DNA of 64,000 nucleotides from NCBI RefSeq assembly GCF_053078305.1, contig NZ_CP166879.1; one strand, 5' to 3'. Shown piece by piece: positions 46,414 to 61,516 of this stretch (position 1 is its first letter; each line of letters starts with the position of its first letter). The notes under the pieces were generated by a model. It saw only the letters and a program-made list of their open reading frames with translations, ran no database searches and was not told where the DNA came from. The position numbers and the translations under genes were made by a program.

Positions 46414-46433
46414 CCGGCAGGTTTCCCTGCCGG
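46414..46433. terminator. GC-rich hairpin between convergent cargo genes (possible bidirectional terminator)
   Basis: CCGGCAGG-TTTC-CCTGCCGG, an 8-bp stem with a tetraloop. Flanking U-tracts are weak on both strands. Confidence 0.45.
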
Positions 46434-46442
46434 GTGAATTTG

Positions 46443-46613
46443 TTAATGCACGTTTTGTGTATTTTCCCTCCGGGGAGAACAGGCAGGACATATCAGCATC
46501 CTGAAACAGGAAGCATTTTTTGGTTTGTATGTCTTGCCATTTTGAGATCGAGAACGGCGATAGATGAGCTGTAAGGGAGTCTTACAGGCAGGGCAAACAG
46601 GCTCTTTATCCAT
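46443..46613 (-). CDS. small zinc-ribbon protein (56 aa)
   Basis: ORF-track 46443-46637. The second ATG at 46613 follows AAGGAG. MDKEPVCPACKTPLQLIYRRS...CFRMLICPACS has two CPAC pairs about 27 aa apart. Confidence 0.5.
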   Translation of the reverse strand: MDKEPVCPACKTPLQLIYRRSRSQNGKTYKPKNASCFRMLICPACSPRRENTQNVH

Positions 46614-46721
46614 GATAAAGATCTCCTTTTTATGCATCTCTGCTTTACAGGAGACCGGGGAATATCATAGGATACGCCACGAGCTCGAAGTAAAGCATTG
46701 ATGCAAGTTTTTACAGATTGA

Positions 46722-46757
46722 CCCAGCATAGTTCCAGCTATGCTGGGTTTCCCTTTT
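46722..46757 (+). terminator. strong rho-independent-terminator-like hairpin, plus-strand orientation
   Basis: Perfect 10-bp stem CCCAGCATAG / CTATGCTGGG (46722-46731 and 46738-46747), 6-nt loop, followed by TTTCCCTTTT. Confidence 0.6.
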
Positions 46758-46951
46758 ATGTAGTATCCTGTTGATTTGAAACATACTACATATACGCGCG
46801 ATCCTACCTTCACTGTATAAAAAGTCAATAAAATGATCATTTTATGATCGTTTTCACCACCTAACTCTTCGTTTCTTTAAGTAAATAATCACCGCCCTGA
46901 ATCATTGTTGATGACTTTTAAATCTATTTGTTGTATCAATTAAACAAATCG

Positions 46952-46976
46952 AATCGATCGTTTTTGTCGATCGATT
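46952..46976. promoter_or_regulatory. GATC-containing inverted repeat upstream of com (candidate Dam-sensitive regulatory site)
   Basis: AATCGATCG-TTTTTGT-CGATCGATT with 9-bp perfect arms, each holding a GATC (46956-46959 and 46969-46972). It lies 44 bp upstream of the com ATG. Confidence 0.4.
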
Positions 46977-47019
46977 GCATGAGAAAGGCATCAACAACAA
47001 AGCAGGAGGTTATGCGGCC

Positions 47020-47220
47020 ATGTATCGAAACATACGGTGCCGACACTGCAATAAGCTACTGGCACGGGCCAGTTTCAGTTATCTGGAAGTAAAATGTCCG
47101 CGCTGTAAAACCCTCAATCAAATCACATCTCCGAGCGCCACAGAGCACCCCACATACACAAGGAAATCCTGTCGTGGGGAACAGAAAGCAAGTCACATCC
47201 CGTATCATCAGCACGCCTGA
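47020..47220 (+). CDS. com: Com-like zinc-finger translational activator
   Basis: ORF-track 46975-47220. ATG at 47020 is 10 nt after [41 protein letters not shown]...EHPT parallels Mu Com (IRCKNCNKLLFKADSFDHIEIRCPRCKRHIIM...EHPT). Confidence 0.82.
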   Translation: MYRNIRCRHCNKLLARASFSYLEVKCPRCKTLNQITSPSATEHPTYTRKSCRGEQKASHIPYHQHA

Positions 47221-47911
47221 ACTTATTCGCTATAACGACAATATCGTTGGTTATGGCTCCCGTGAGTTGCGGGTTGAGACAATAAGTTGCTGGCTGGCCA
47301 GACTGGTTATCGTCAATAAACATTACAGCCACCGTTTCGTAAATAATTCCTACCTTCATCTGGGTATATTTTCAGAACGGGAACTTGTTGGCGTAATGCA
47401 ATGGGGTTACGCCCTTAACCCAAACAGTGGTGCACGCGTCGTAACGGGTACGCAGAACCGAGAATATATGGAGCTTAACCGGCTATGGATGCATGACTGT
47501 ATGCCGAGAAACTCCGAATCAAGGGCAATCAGTTACGCGCTCAAGCTAATCAGGCAGCTTTATCCGCAGGTACAGTGGGTTCAGTCGTTTGCAGATGAGC
47601 GTTGTGGCTGTCTTGGTGTCGTGTATCAGGCAAGCAATTTTGATTATGTAGGCAGCCATGAATCAACATTCTATGAACTTGATGGCGAGTGGTATCACGA
47701 GATTTGCAGGAGTGCCATTAAACGAGGCGGACAACGAGGTGAACATCTGAGGGCTAATATCGACAGAGCCAGTGTGCATAAGTTCCGACAGTTTCGTTAC
47801 ATCCGGTTTCTGAACAAGAGGGCCAGAAAACGCCTCAACACAAAGCTATTCAAAGTCCAGCCTTACCCAAAACCACAAACAGTTAAAACTGGTTTGAAAG
47901 AGAGTGAATGA
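47174..47911 (+). CDS. mom: Mom-like DNA (adenine) modification protein
   Basis: 245 aa with a GTG start inside the 3' end of com, as in the Mu com-mom overlap. It is the last gene before the right end. Motifs NKHYSHR...ELNRLW...[19 protein letters not shown] fit the Mom-type acyltransferase-like family as recalled. Confidence 0.65.
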   Translation: MGNRKQVTSRIISTPELIRYNDNIVGYGSRELRVETISCWLARLVIVNKHYSHRFVNNSYLHLGIFSERELVGVMQWGYALNPNSGARVVTGTQNREYMELNRLWMHDCMPRNSESRAISYALKLIRQLYPQVQWVQSFADERCGCLGVVYQASNFDYVGSHESTFYELDGEWYHEICRSAIKRGGQRGEHLRANIDRASVHKFRQFRYIRFLNKRARKRLNTKLFKVQPYPKPQTVKTGLKESE

Positions 47912-47957
47912 GCGCTTAAAAACTCATTCTAAAACTCAAAAGAAAAGCGCCGATTTA

Positions 47958-48039
47958 GTATCAAATAAGTTGCGTATCGGCGTTTTTCAGCGGTATCAAA
48001 TGAAATGCAAATCGGTATCAAAAAAATCGCCGCGCTATA
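47958..48039 (+). repeat. prophage right end with putative transposase-binding repeats (R1-R3-like)
   Basis: (G)GTATCAAA, the reverse complement of the left-end TTTGATAC(C), occurs at 47958-47965, 47992-48000 and 48014-48022. The last copy ends 17 nt before the junction with ftnB, mirroring the left end. Confidence 0.6.
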
Positions 48040-48177
48040 CTGGGCGCGAAGGAAAGTGGCGGTGCCGTTCAGACTCTGTTCAGAACACCAGTTACTCAGG
48101 TGAAGGTAGAGATTGGATGCGTAAAACTCGCGGTTCATTTGAGAGTTGAGTTTGAGAAGCATTCCAGCGGTTGCCAT
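48040..48177 (-). pseudogene. ftnB: ftnB (ferritin-like protein, yecI) truncated after codon 46 by the prophage right end
   Basis: The minus strand from 48177 reads [46 protein letters not shown], matching the recalled K-12 FtnB N-terminus. The ORF continues into phage sequence (YSAAIFL...) instead of AQSNVTQ. Confidence 0.88.
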
Positions 48178-48708
48178 ACCTAATATCCTTATATCCAGAA
48201 GTGGAGAGGTGCAAGATAAATCAAAACACCATAATTACTGTTTGCAGAATAATTCCTTTCTGCCGGTCCGAAATGTGATCGTGGAGTCAATTCTGACGAT
48301 GATCTGAAATAAGAATAACGTCTGAACGAGTATAAGAAAATGCTTAAATCATCAAGTTTATATATTTTTACATTTCATTGATGAAATCAATGTAACTGCA
48401 ATGAATTTTAATGATAGTGATTTTTGTATCTTGTTGATATTAATCGATGAATTTGAATTCATGATGAAGTGATGATTTTATAAAACGTTTTTTCATTTTT
48501 GCGAGATGGCTCTCATTATACGTGTTCTGTTAATTAATGAGCACAGTGATAATTAATGGCGAAATGAATGACGCGCATTTTCCACATCTTTGAGTTGTGG
48601 TTATTACACCATTTCAAAAACTCAACGCCAGGTAATGCGGCCTATTGACTGGTTAAAAAGAAGACATCCCGCATGGGTACCAAAGACAACAAGGATTTCC
48701 AGGCTAAT

Positions 48709-48727
48709 CTTATGGATTAATCTGCTG
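48709..48727 (-). promoter_or_regulatory. candidate AraC half-site upstream of araF
   Basis: CTTATGGATTAATCTGCTG matches 13 of 17 positions of the reverse complement of araI1 (TATGGATAAAAATGCTA). It lies about 250 bp upstream of the araF ATG. araFGH is a known AraC/CRP-regulated operon. Confidence 0.35.
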
Positions 48728-48973
48728 TGCATTCGACAATTTGTCTGACAAATTGGCTTTCCCTTATGTCTTTTCCCGCTAAATTTATGCACGTTCTCAC
48801 TGTAATTCTGCGATGTGATATTGCTCTCCTATGGAGAATTAATTTCTCGCTAAAACTATGTCAACACAGTCACTTATCTTTTAGTTAAAAGGTAATGCTT
48901 TGTTTTCCGATTAATTTAACGAATGTCATTCGTTTTTGCCCTACACAAAACGACACTAAAGCTGGAGAGAACC

Positions 48974-49963
48974 ATGCACAAATTTACTAAAGCCCTGGCA
49001 GCCATTGGTCTGGCAGCCGTTATGTCACAATCCGCTATGGCGGAGAACCTGAAGCTCGGTTTCCTGGTGAAGCAACCGGAAGAGCCGTGGTTCCAGACCG
49101 AATGGAAGTTTGCCGATAAAGCTGGGAAGGATTTAGGGTTTGAAGTTATTAAGATTGCCGTGCCGGATGGCGAAAAAACATTGAACGCTATCGACAGCCT
49201 GGCTGCCAGTGGCGCGAAAGGTTTCGTTATTTGTACTCCGGACCCGAAACTCGGCTCTGCCATCGTGGCGAAAGCGCGTGGCTACGATATGAAAGTCATT
49301 GCCGTGGATGACCAGTTTGTTAACGCCAAAGGTAAGCCAATGGATACCGTTCCTCTGGTGATGATGGCGGCGACTAAAATTGGCGAACGTCAGGGCCAGG
49401 AACTGTATAAAGAGATGCAGAAACGTGGCTGGGATGTCAAAGAAAGCGCGGTGATGGCGATTACCTCCAACGAACTGGATACGGCTCGTCGCCGTACTAC
49501 GGGTTCTATGGATGCGCTGAAAGCTGCAGGATTCCCGGAAAAACAAATTTATCAGGTACCTACCAAATCTAACGACATCCCCGGGGCATTTGACGCTGCC
49601 AACTCAATGCTGGTTCAACATCCGGAAGTTAAACATTGGCTGATCGTCGGTATGAACGACAGCACCGTGCTGGGCGGCGTACGCGCGACGGAAGGTCAGG
49701 GCTTTAAAGCGGCCGATATCATCGGTATCGGTATTAACGGTGTGGATGCGGTGAGCGAACTGTCTAAGGCACAGGCAACCGGCTTCTACGGTTCCCTGTT
49801 GCCAAGCCCGGACGTACATGGTTATAAGTCCAGCGAAATGCTTTACAACTGGGTAGCAAAAGGTGTTGAACCGACCAAATTCACCGAAGTTACCGACGTG
49901 GTGCTGATCACGCGTGACAACTTTAAAGAAGAACTGGAGAAAAAAGGTTTAGGCGGTAAGTAA
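48974..49963 (+). CDS. araF: L-arabinose-binding periplasmic protein AraF
   Basis: ORF-track 48923-49963. From MHKFTKALAAIGLAAVMSQSAMAENLKLGF (329 aa) it matches K-12 AraF. Confidence 0.96.
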   Translation: MHKFTKALAAIGLAAVMSQSAMAENLKLGFLVKQPEEPWFQTEWKFADKAGKDLGFEVIKIAVPDGEKTLNAIDSLAASGAKGFVICTPDPKLGSAIVAKARGYDMKVIAVDDQFVNAKGKPMDTVPLVMMAATKIGERQGQELYKEMQKRGWDVKESAVMAITSNELDTARRRTTGSMDALKAAGFPEKQIYQVPTKSNDIPGAFDAANSMLVQHPEVKHWLIVGMNDSTVLGGVRATEGQGFKAADIIGIGINGVDAVSELSKAQATGFYGSLLPSPDVHGYKSSEMLYNWVAKGVEPTKFTEVTDVVLITRDNFKEELEKKGLGGK

Positions 49964-50032
49964 TTTGCCGGAAAAATTCCCCTCTGCATGATGCAGAGGG
50001 GGTGTGAACGACCAGTGATTCACGGAGACGTT

Positions 50033-51547
50033 ATGCAACAGTCTACCCCGTATCTCTCATTTCGCGGCATCGGTAAAACGTTTCCCGGCGTTAAGGCGCT
50101 GACGGATATTAGTTTTGACTGCTATGCCGCTCAGGTTCATGCGTTGATGGGTGAAAATGGCGCAGGAAAATCAACTCTCTTAAAAATCCTCAGCGGCAAC
50201 TATGCGCCAACCACGGGTTCTGTAGTGATTAATGGGCAGGAAATGTCCTTTTCCGACACGACCGCAGCACTTAACGCGGGTGTGGCGATTATTTACCAGG
50301 AACTGCATCTCGTGCCGGAAATGACCGTCGCGGAAAACATCTATCTCGGCCAGCTGCCGCATAAAGGCGGCATTGTGAATCGCTCATTGCTGAATTATGA
50401 GGCGGGTTTACAACTTAAACATCTTGGTATGGATATTGACCCGGACACGCCGCTGAAATATCTCTCCATTGGTCAGTGGCAGATGGTTGAAATCGCCAAA
50501 GCGCTGGCGCGTAACGCTAAAATTATCGCCTTTGATGAGCCAACCAGCTCCCTTTCTGCCCGCGAAATCGACAATCTTTTCCGCGTTATTCGTGAACTGC
50601 GAAAAGAGGGGCGGGTGATCTTATACGTTTCTCACCGTATGGAAGAAATATTTGCCCTCAGCGATGCCATCACTGTCTTTAAAGATGGACGTTATGTCAA
50701 AACCTTTACCGATATGCAGCAGGTTGACCACGACGCGCTGGTGCAGGCGATGGTCGGGCGCGACATTGGCGATATCTACGGCTGGCAACCGCGTAGTTAT
50801 GGCGAGGAGCGCCTGCGTCTTGATGCTGTGAAAGCACCAGGCGTGCGTACGCCAATAAGTCTGGCGGTTCGCAGTGGTGAAATTGTTGGGCTGTTTGGTC
50901 TGGTAGGGGCGGGGCGTAGCGAATTAATGAAAGGCATGTTTGGCGGGACGCAAATCACCGCCGGTCAGGTTTATATCGACCAACAGCCGATCGATATTCG
51001 TAAACCGAGCCACGCCATTGCCGCAGGCATGATGCTCTGCCCGGAAGATCGCAAAGCGGAAGGCATTATTCCCGTGCACTCCGTTCGCGACAATATCAAC
51101 ATCAGTGCCAGACGTAAACATGTGCTCGGCGGTTGTGTAATCAACAACGGTTGGGAAGAAAACAATGCCGATCACCACATTCGTTCGCTCAACATCAAAA
51201 CGCCGGGCGCGGAGCAACTGATCATGAATCTCTCAGGCGGAAATCAGCAAAAAGCCATTCTGGGCCGCTGGTTATCGGAAGAGATGAAGGTCATTTTGCT
51301 GGATGAACCTACGCGCGGCATTGATGTTGGCGCTAAGCACGAAATATATAACGTAATTTATGCGCTGGCGGCGCAGGGCGTGGCGGTGCTGTTTGCCTCC
51401 AGCGACTTACCTGAAGTCCTCGGCGTTGCCGACCGGATTGTGGTGATGCGGGAAGGTGAAATCGCCGGTGAATTGTTACACGAGCAGGCAGATGAGCGTC
51501 AGGCACTGAGCCTTGCGATGCCTAAAGTCAGCCAGGCAGTTGCCTGA
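50033..51547 (+). CDS. araG: arabinose ABC transporter ATP-binding protein AraG
   Basis: ORF-track 49988-51547. From [23 protein letters not shown] (504 aa) it matches K-12 AraG, with duplicated ABC domains (GENGAGKST and LSGGNQQK). Confidence 0.96.
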   Translation: MQQSTPYLSFRGIGKTFPGVKALTDISFDCYAAQVHALMGENGAGKSTLLKILSGNYAPTTGSVVINGQEMSFSDTTAALNAGVAIIYQELHLVPEMTVAENIYLGQLPHKGGIVNRSLLNYEAGLQLKHLGMDIDPDTPLKYLSIGQWQMVEIAKALARNAKIIAFDEPTSSLSAREIDNLFRVIRELRKEGRVILYVSHRMEEIFALSDAITVFKDGRYVKTFTDMQQVDHDALVQAMVGRDIGDIYGWQPRSYGEERLRLDAVKAPGVRTPISLAVRSGEIVGLFGLVGAGRSELMKGMFGGTQITAGQVYIDQQPIDIRKPSHAIAAGMMLCPEDRKAEGIIPVHSVRDNINISARRKHVLGGCVINNGWEENNADHHIRSLNIKTPGAEQLIMNLSGGNQQKAILGRWLSEEMKVILLDEPTRGIDVGAKHEIYNVIYALAAQGVAVLFASSDLPEVLGVADRIVVMREGEIAGELLHEQADERQALSLAMPKVSQAVA

Positions 51548-51561
51548 GTAAGGAGAGTATG

Positions 51562-54914
<3,353 letters not shown>

Positions 54915-54920
54915 GAGCGG

Positions 54921-55349
54921 TTAATCTCCTGTAAGTGGAACTAACAGCACATCGACCTCACTTGAGGCAATCACTCTTTTCGCCGAGCAGGATGCTCGCG
55001 AAAAGAAACTGTGATTGTGATTACCGCAAATCACCAAATCGAAATGATATTTGCGACAAACTTCCAGAATATGTTCGCTTAACTCACCGTAGGCAATAAA
55101 CGTCTTGTCAACGGGATACCCCGCATCCTGAATTAACTTATCAAGAAAGCTTTGCGTTTCTTCCTGCATCACGCTGCGTAAATCTTCAAGCATCGGCGCA
55201 GCTAATTGATTGTACATTTCCGGGTCGGAAGCGAGAGTAATTAAACTGATGTGTCCCTTTACTGGCCTGGCGATAGATACCGCTTTTGCCAGCAGTTGCT
55301 GACTTTCCGGTGTAACCGCAACAGCGACAAGAATATTGCTATAGCTCAT
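54921..55349 (-). CDS. uspC: universal stress protein C
   Basis: 142 aa MSYSNILVAVAVTPESQQLLAKAVSIARPVKGHISLITLASDPEMYNQ... matches K-12 UspC (YecG). Confidence 0.95.
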   Translation of the reverse strand: MSYSNILVAVAVTPESQQLLAKAVSIARPVKGHISLITLASDPEMYNQLAAPMLEDLRSVMQEETQSFLDKLIQDAGYPVDKTFIAYGELSEHILEVCRKYHFDLVICGNHNHSFFSRASCSAKRVIASSEVDVLLVPLTGD

Positions 55350-55851
55350 AACCTGTTCCTTATTCTGTGAACTTCAGGTGACATTAAAGCTTTACTCCTA
55401 ATGGAGAAACGACGCAATCCCAACTCAGTCAAACAGGTAAATATTAGTCTGATTATTAGTAAAGACAATTAATTAATCACTCTCGGTGATCATATGATTT
55501 CAACTGTAATTATAAGAAAATAATTTACTGATTCCCCGCATTAAACAAGTGGTTAATATATGCAAAACATTTTATTAACATTAAGTTGATTGTTGCCTTT
55601 CTTTGTATTTAATTAGTTTGTTGTGCGGTAAGTGTCTGTTTAAAAATAGCTTATCTGGTATTGCATGAAAGTGATTATTTATAGCAGATGATTATTTACG
55701 GTGAGTTATTTTAACTGTGCGCAACATCCCATTTCGATTATTCCTGTTTCATTTTTGCTTGCTAGCGTAGCGAAAAACTTTTTAACAGATTGAAATACAC
55801 CCAAAACAAAAGTATGACTTATACATTTATGTTAAGTAATTGAGTGTTTTG

Positions 55852-55867
55852 TGTGATCTGCATCACA
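55852..55867. promoter_or_regulatory. CRP-binding site of the flhDC class I promoter
   Basis: TGTGATCTGCATCACA is a perfect TGTGA-N6-TCACA. It lies about 70 bp upstream of the expected flhDC transcription start (about 200-nt leader before the ATG at 56129). CRP activation of flhDC is established. Confidence 0.75.
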
Positions 55868-56128
55868 CATTATTGAAAATCGCAGCCCCCCTCCGTTGTA
55901 TGTGCGTGTAGTGACGAGTACAGTTGCGTCGATTTAGGAAAAATCTTAGATAAGTGTAAAGACCCCCTTCTATTTGTAAGGACTTATTAAACCAAAAAGG
56001 TGGCTCTGCTTATTGCAGCTTATCGCAACTATTCTAATGCTAATTATTTTTTACCGGGGCTTCCCGGCGACATCACGGGGTGCGGTGAAACCGCATAAAA
56101 ATAAAGTTGGTTATTCTGGGTGGGAATA

Positions 56129-56479
56129 ATGCATACCTCCGAGTTGCTGAAACACATTTATGACATCAACTTGTCATATTTACTACTTGCACAGCGTCTG
56201 ATTGTTCAGGACAAAGCGTCCGCTATGTTTCGTCTCGGCATAAATGAAGAAATGGCGACAACATTAGCGGCACTGACTCTTCCGCAAATGGTTAAGCTGG
56301 CAGAAACCAATCAGCTGGTTTGTCACTTCCGTTTTGACAGCCACCAGACGATTACTCAGTTGACGCAAGATTCCCGCGTTGACGATCTCCAGCAAATTCA
56401 TACCGGCATCATGCTCTCAACACGCTTGCTGAACGATGTTAATCAGCCTGAAGAAGCGCTGCGCAAGAAAAGGGCCTGA
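56129..56479 (+). CDS. flhD: flagellar master regulator subunit FlhD
   Basis: [43 protein letters not shown]... (116 aa) matches K-12 FlhD. Confidence 0.96.
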
Positions 56480-56481
56480 TC

Positions 56482-57060
56482 ATGAGTGAAAAAAGCATTG
56501 TTCAGGAAGCGCGGGATATTCAGCTGGCAATGGAATTGATCACCCTGGGCGCTCGTTTGCAGATGCTGGAAAGCGAAACACAGTTAAGTCGCGGACGCCT
56601 GATAAAACTTTATAAAGAACTGCGCGGAAGCCCACCGCCGAAAGGCATGCTGCCATTCTCAACCGACTGGTTTATGACCTGGGAACAAAACGTTCATGCT
56701 TCGATGTTCTGTAATGCATGGCAGTTTTTACTGAAAACCGGTTTGTGTAATGGCGTCGATGCGGTGATCAAAGCCTACCGTTTATACCTTGAACAGTGCC
56801 CGCAAGCAGAAGAAGGACCGCTGCTGGCATTAACCCGTGCCTGGACATTGGTGCGGTTTGTTGAAAGTGGATTACTGCAACTTTCCAGCTGCAACTGCTG
56901 CGGCGGCAATTTTATTACCCACGCTCACCAGCCTGTTGGCAGCTTTGCCTGCAGCTTATGTCAACCGCCATCCCGGGCAGTAAAAAGACGTAAACTTTCC
57001 CAGAATCCTGCCGATATTATCCCACAACTGCTGGATGAACAGAGAGTACAGGCTGTTTAA
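56482..57060 (+). CDS. flhC: flagellar master regulator subunit FlhC
   Basis: 192 aa [49 protein letters not shown]... with a zinc site CNCCGGNF...CSLC. Matches K-12 FlhC. Confidence 0.96.
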
Positions 57061-57085
57061 CTGATACGGTGTGGCGCAACATTCC

Positions 57086-57118
57086 AGCAGCGGTAACGAC
57101 GTACCGCTGCTTTTTTTT
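57086..57118 (+). terminator. rho-independent terminator after flhC
   Basis: 10-bp stem AGCAGCGGTA / TACCGCTGCT with a 6-nt loop, followed by a run of eight T. Confidence 0.8.
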
Positions 57119-57186
57119 GCCCCAATCGCGCGTTAACGCCTGACGACTGAACATCCTGTCATGGTCAACAGTGGAAGGATGATGTC

Positions 57187-58070
57187 GTGCTTATCTTATT
57201 AGGTTACCTGGTTGTTCTCGGTACAGTTTTCGGCGGTTATTTGATGACCGGTGGAAGCCTTGGAGCACTCTATCAACCCGCTGAACTGGTGATTATTGCC
57301 GGTGCAGGGATTGGGTCGTTTATCGTCGGCAATAATGGCAAAGCGATTAAAGGCACGCTGAAGGCGCTGCCGTTGCTGTTTCGTCGCTCCAAATACACCA
57401 AAGCAATGTATATGGATCTGCTGGCTCTGCTTTATCGGTTGATGGCGAAATCGCGGCAGATGGGGATGTTTTCGCTGGAACGTGATATTGAAAATCCCCG
57501 TGAGAGCGAGATCTTCGCCAGCTACCCACGCATCCTTGCGGATGGCGTCATGCTTGATTTTATCGTCGATTATCTGCGCCTGATTATCAGCGGTCACATG
57601 AACACCTTCGAAATCGAATCCCTGATGGATGAAGAGATTGAGACGCACGAAAGCGAGGCAGAAGTCCCGGCGAACAGTCTGGCGCTGGTCGGGGACTCAC
57701 TTCCGGCGTTTGGTATTGTCGCGGCTGTAATGGGGGTCGTTCACGCGTTAGGTTCAGCCGATCGTCCTGCCGCCGAGCTGGGGGCGCTTATCGCACATGC
57801 GATGGTGGGGACTTTCCTCGGCATTTTATTGGCTTACGGATTTATTTCCCCATTAGCGAGTGTTTTACGTCAGAAAAGCGCCGAAACCAGCAAAATGATG
57901 CAGTGCGTCAAAGTCACACTGCTTTCTAATCTGAACGGTTACGCACCGCCTATCGCCGTTGAGTTTGGTCGCAAAACGCTCTATTCCAGCGAACGTCCGT
58001 CGTTTATTGAACTGGAAGAGCATGTGCGTGCGGTGAAAAATCCGCAACAACAGACGACAACCGAGGAAGC

Positions 58071-58074
<4 letters not shown>
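57187..58074 (+). CDS. motA: flagellar motor stator protein MotA
   Basis: 295 aa, GTG start. [40 protein letters not shown]... matches K-12 MotA. Confidence 0.96.
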
Positions 58075-60966
<2,892 letters not shown>

Positions 60967-60986
60967 ATGAGTAAAAAGGTAACAAT

Positions 60987-61490
60987 ATGACCGGTATGAC
61001 GAATGTAACAAAGCTGGCCAGCGAGCCGTCAGGCCAGGAATTTCTGGTATTTACCCTTGGTGATGAAGAGTACGGTATTGATATCCTGAAAGTGCAGGAG
61101 ATCCGTGGCTACGATCAGGTAACACGGATTGCGAACACGCCAGCGTTTATCAAAGGCGTCACGAATCTGCGCGGCGTTATTGTGCCGATTGTTGACTTAC
61201 GAATTAAGTTCAGCCAGGTGGATGTGGACTATAACGACAACACGGTAGTTATCGTCCTGAATCTCGGACAGCGGGTGGTCGGCATCGTGGTTGACGGCGT
61301 TTCAGACGTGCTTTCATTGACGGCGGAGCAAATTCGTCCGGCACCGGAATTTGCCGTGACGCTTTCAACAGAATATCTCACTGGACTGGGCGCACTGGGC
61401 GACCGGATGTTGATTCTGGTGAACATCGAAAAACTGCTGAACAGCGAAGAGATGGCGCTGTTAGAAAGCGCGGCGTCAGAAGTGGCGTAA
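60987..61490 (+). CDS. cheW: chemotaxis coupling protein CheW
   Basis: 167 aa [42 protein letters not shown]... matches K-12 CheW. Confidence 0.96.
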   Translation: MTGMTNVTKLASEPSGQEFLVFTLGDEEYGIDILKVQEIRGYDQVTRIANTPAFIKGVTNLRGVIVPIVDLRIKFSQVDVDYNDNTVVIVLNLGQRVVGIVVDGVSDVLSLTAEQIRPAPEFAVTLSTEYLTGLGALGDRMLILVNIEKLLNSEEMALLESAASEVA

Positions 61491-61516
61491 TTCTCCCGAT
61501 TTCCTCAATTGAAATG

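Larger units (their letters stand above)
8897..48039 (+). mobile_element. Mu-like transposable prophage, about 39.1 kb, apparently full-length (ends uncertain by about 2 nt)
   Basis: Gene order is collinear with phage Mu: repressor, ner, A, B, gam, gemA, mor, lys, terminase, portal, F, G, I, T, L, M, tape measure, N, P, baseplate, S, invertible segment, gin, com, mom. Repeated TTTGATAC(C) motifs occur in inverted orientation at both ends. The host genes yegH and ftnB are interrupted at the boundaries. Confidence 0.92.

Noticed and set aside
46493-46840. 115-aa minus-strand ORF in the cargo island
   Set aside because: Not annotated as a CDS. It overlaps the better-supported zinc-ribbon ORF out of frame, has a poorly spaced SD, and contains a perfect terminator-type hairpin. 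Kept as an open question in the findings rather than as a feature.
48178-48973. AT-rich ftnB-araF intergenic region with many ATGA/TGAT-type short repeats (for example 48370-48480)
   Set aside because: Considered as possible foreign insert or repeat array. There are no regular repeat-spacer units, no ORF, and it sits where K-12 also has a long AT-rich regulatory intergenic region. I cannot distinguish it from native sequence without alignment.
55350-56128. uspC-flhD regulatory region inspected for an IS element (K-12 MG1655 stocks carry IS1/IS5 here)
   Set aside because: No transposase ORF or terminal inverted repeats were seen. The region looks like the uninterrupted wild-type flhDC control region with its CRP site intact.
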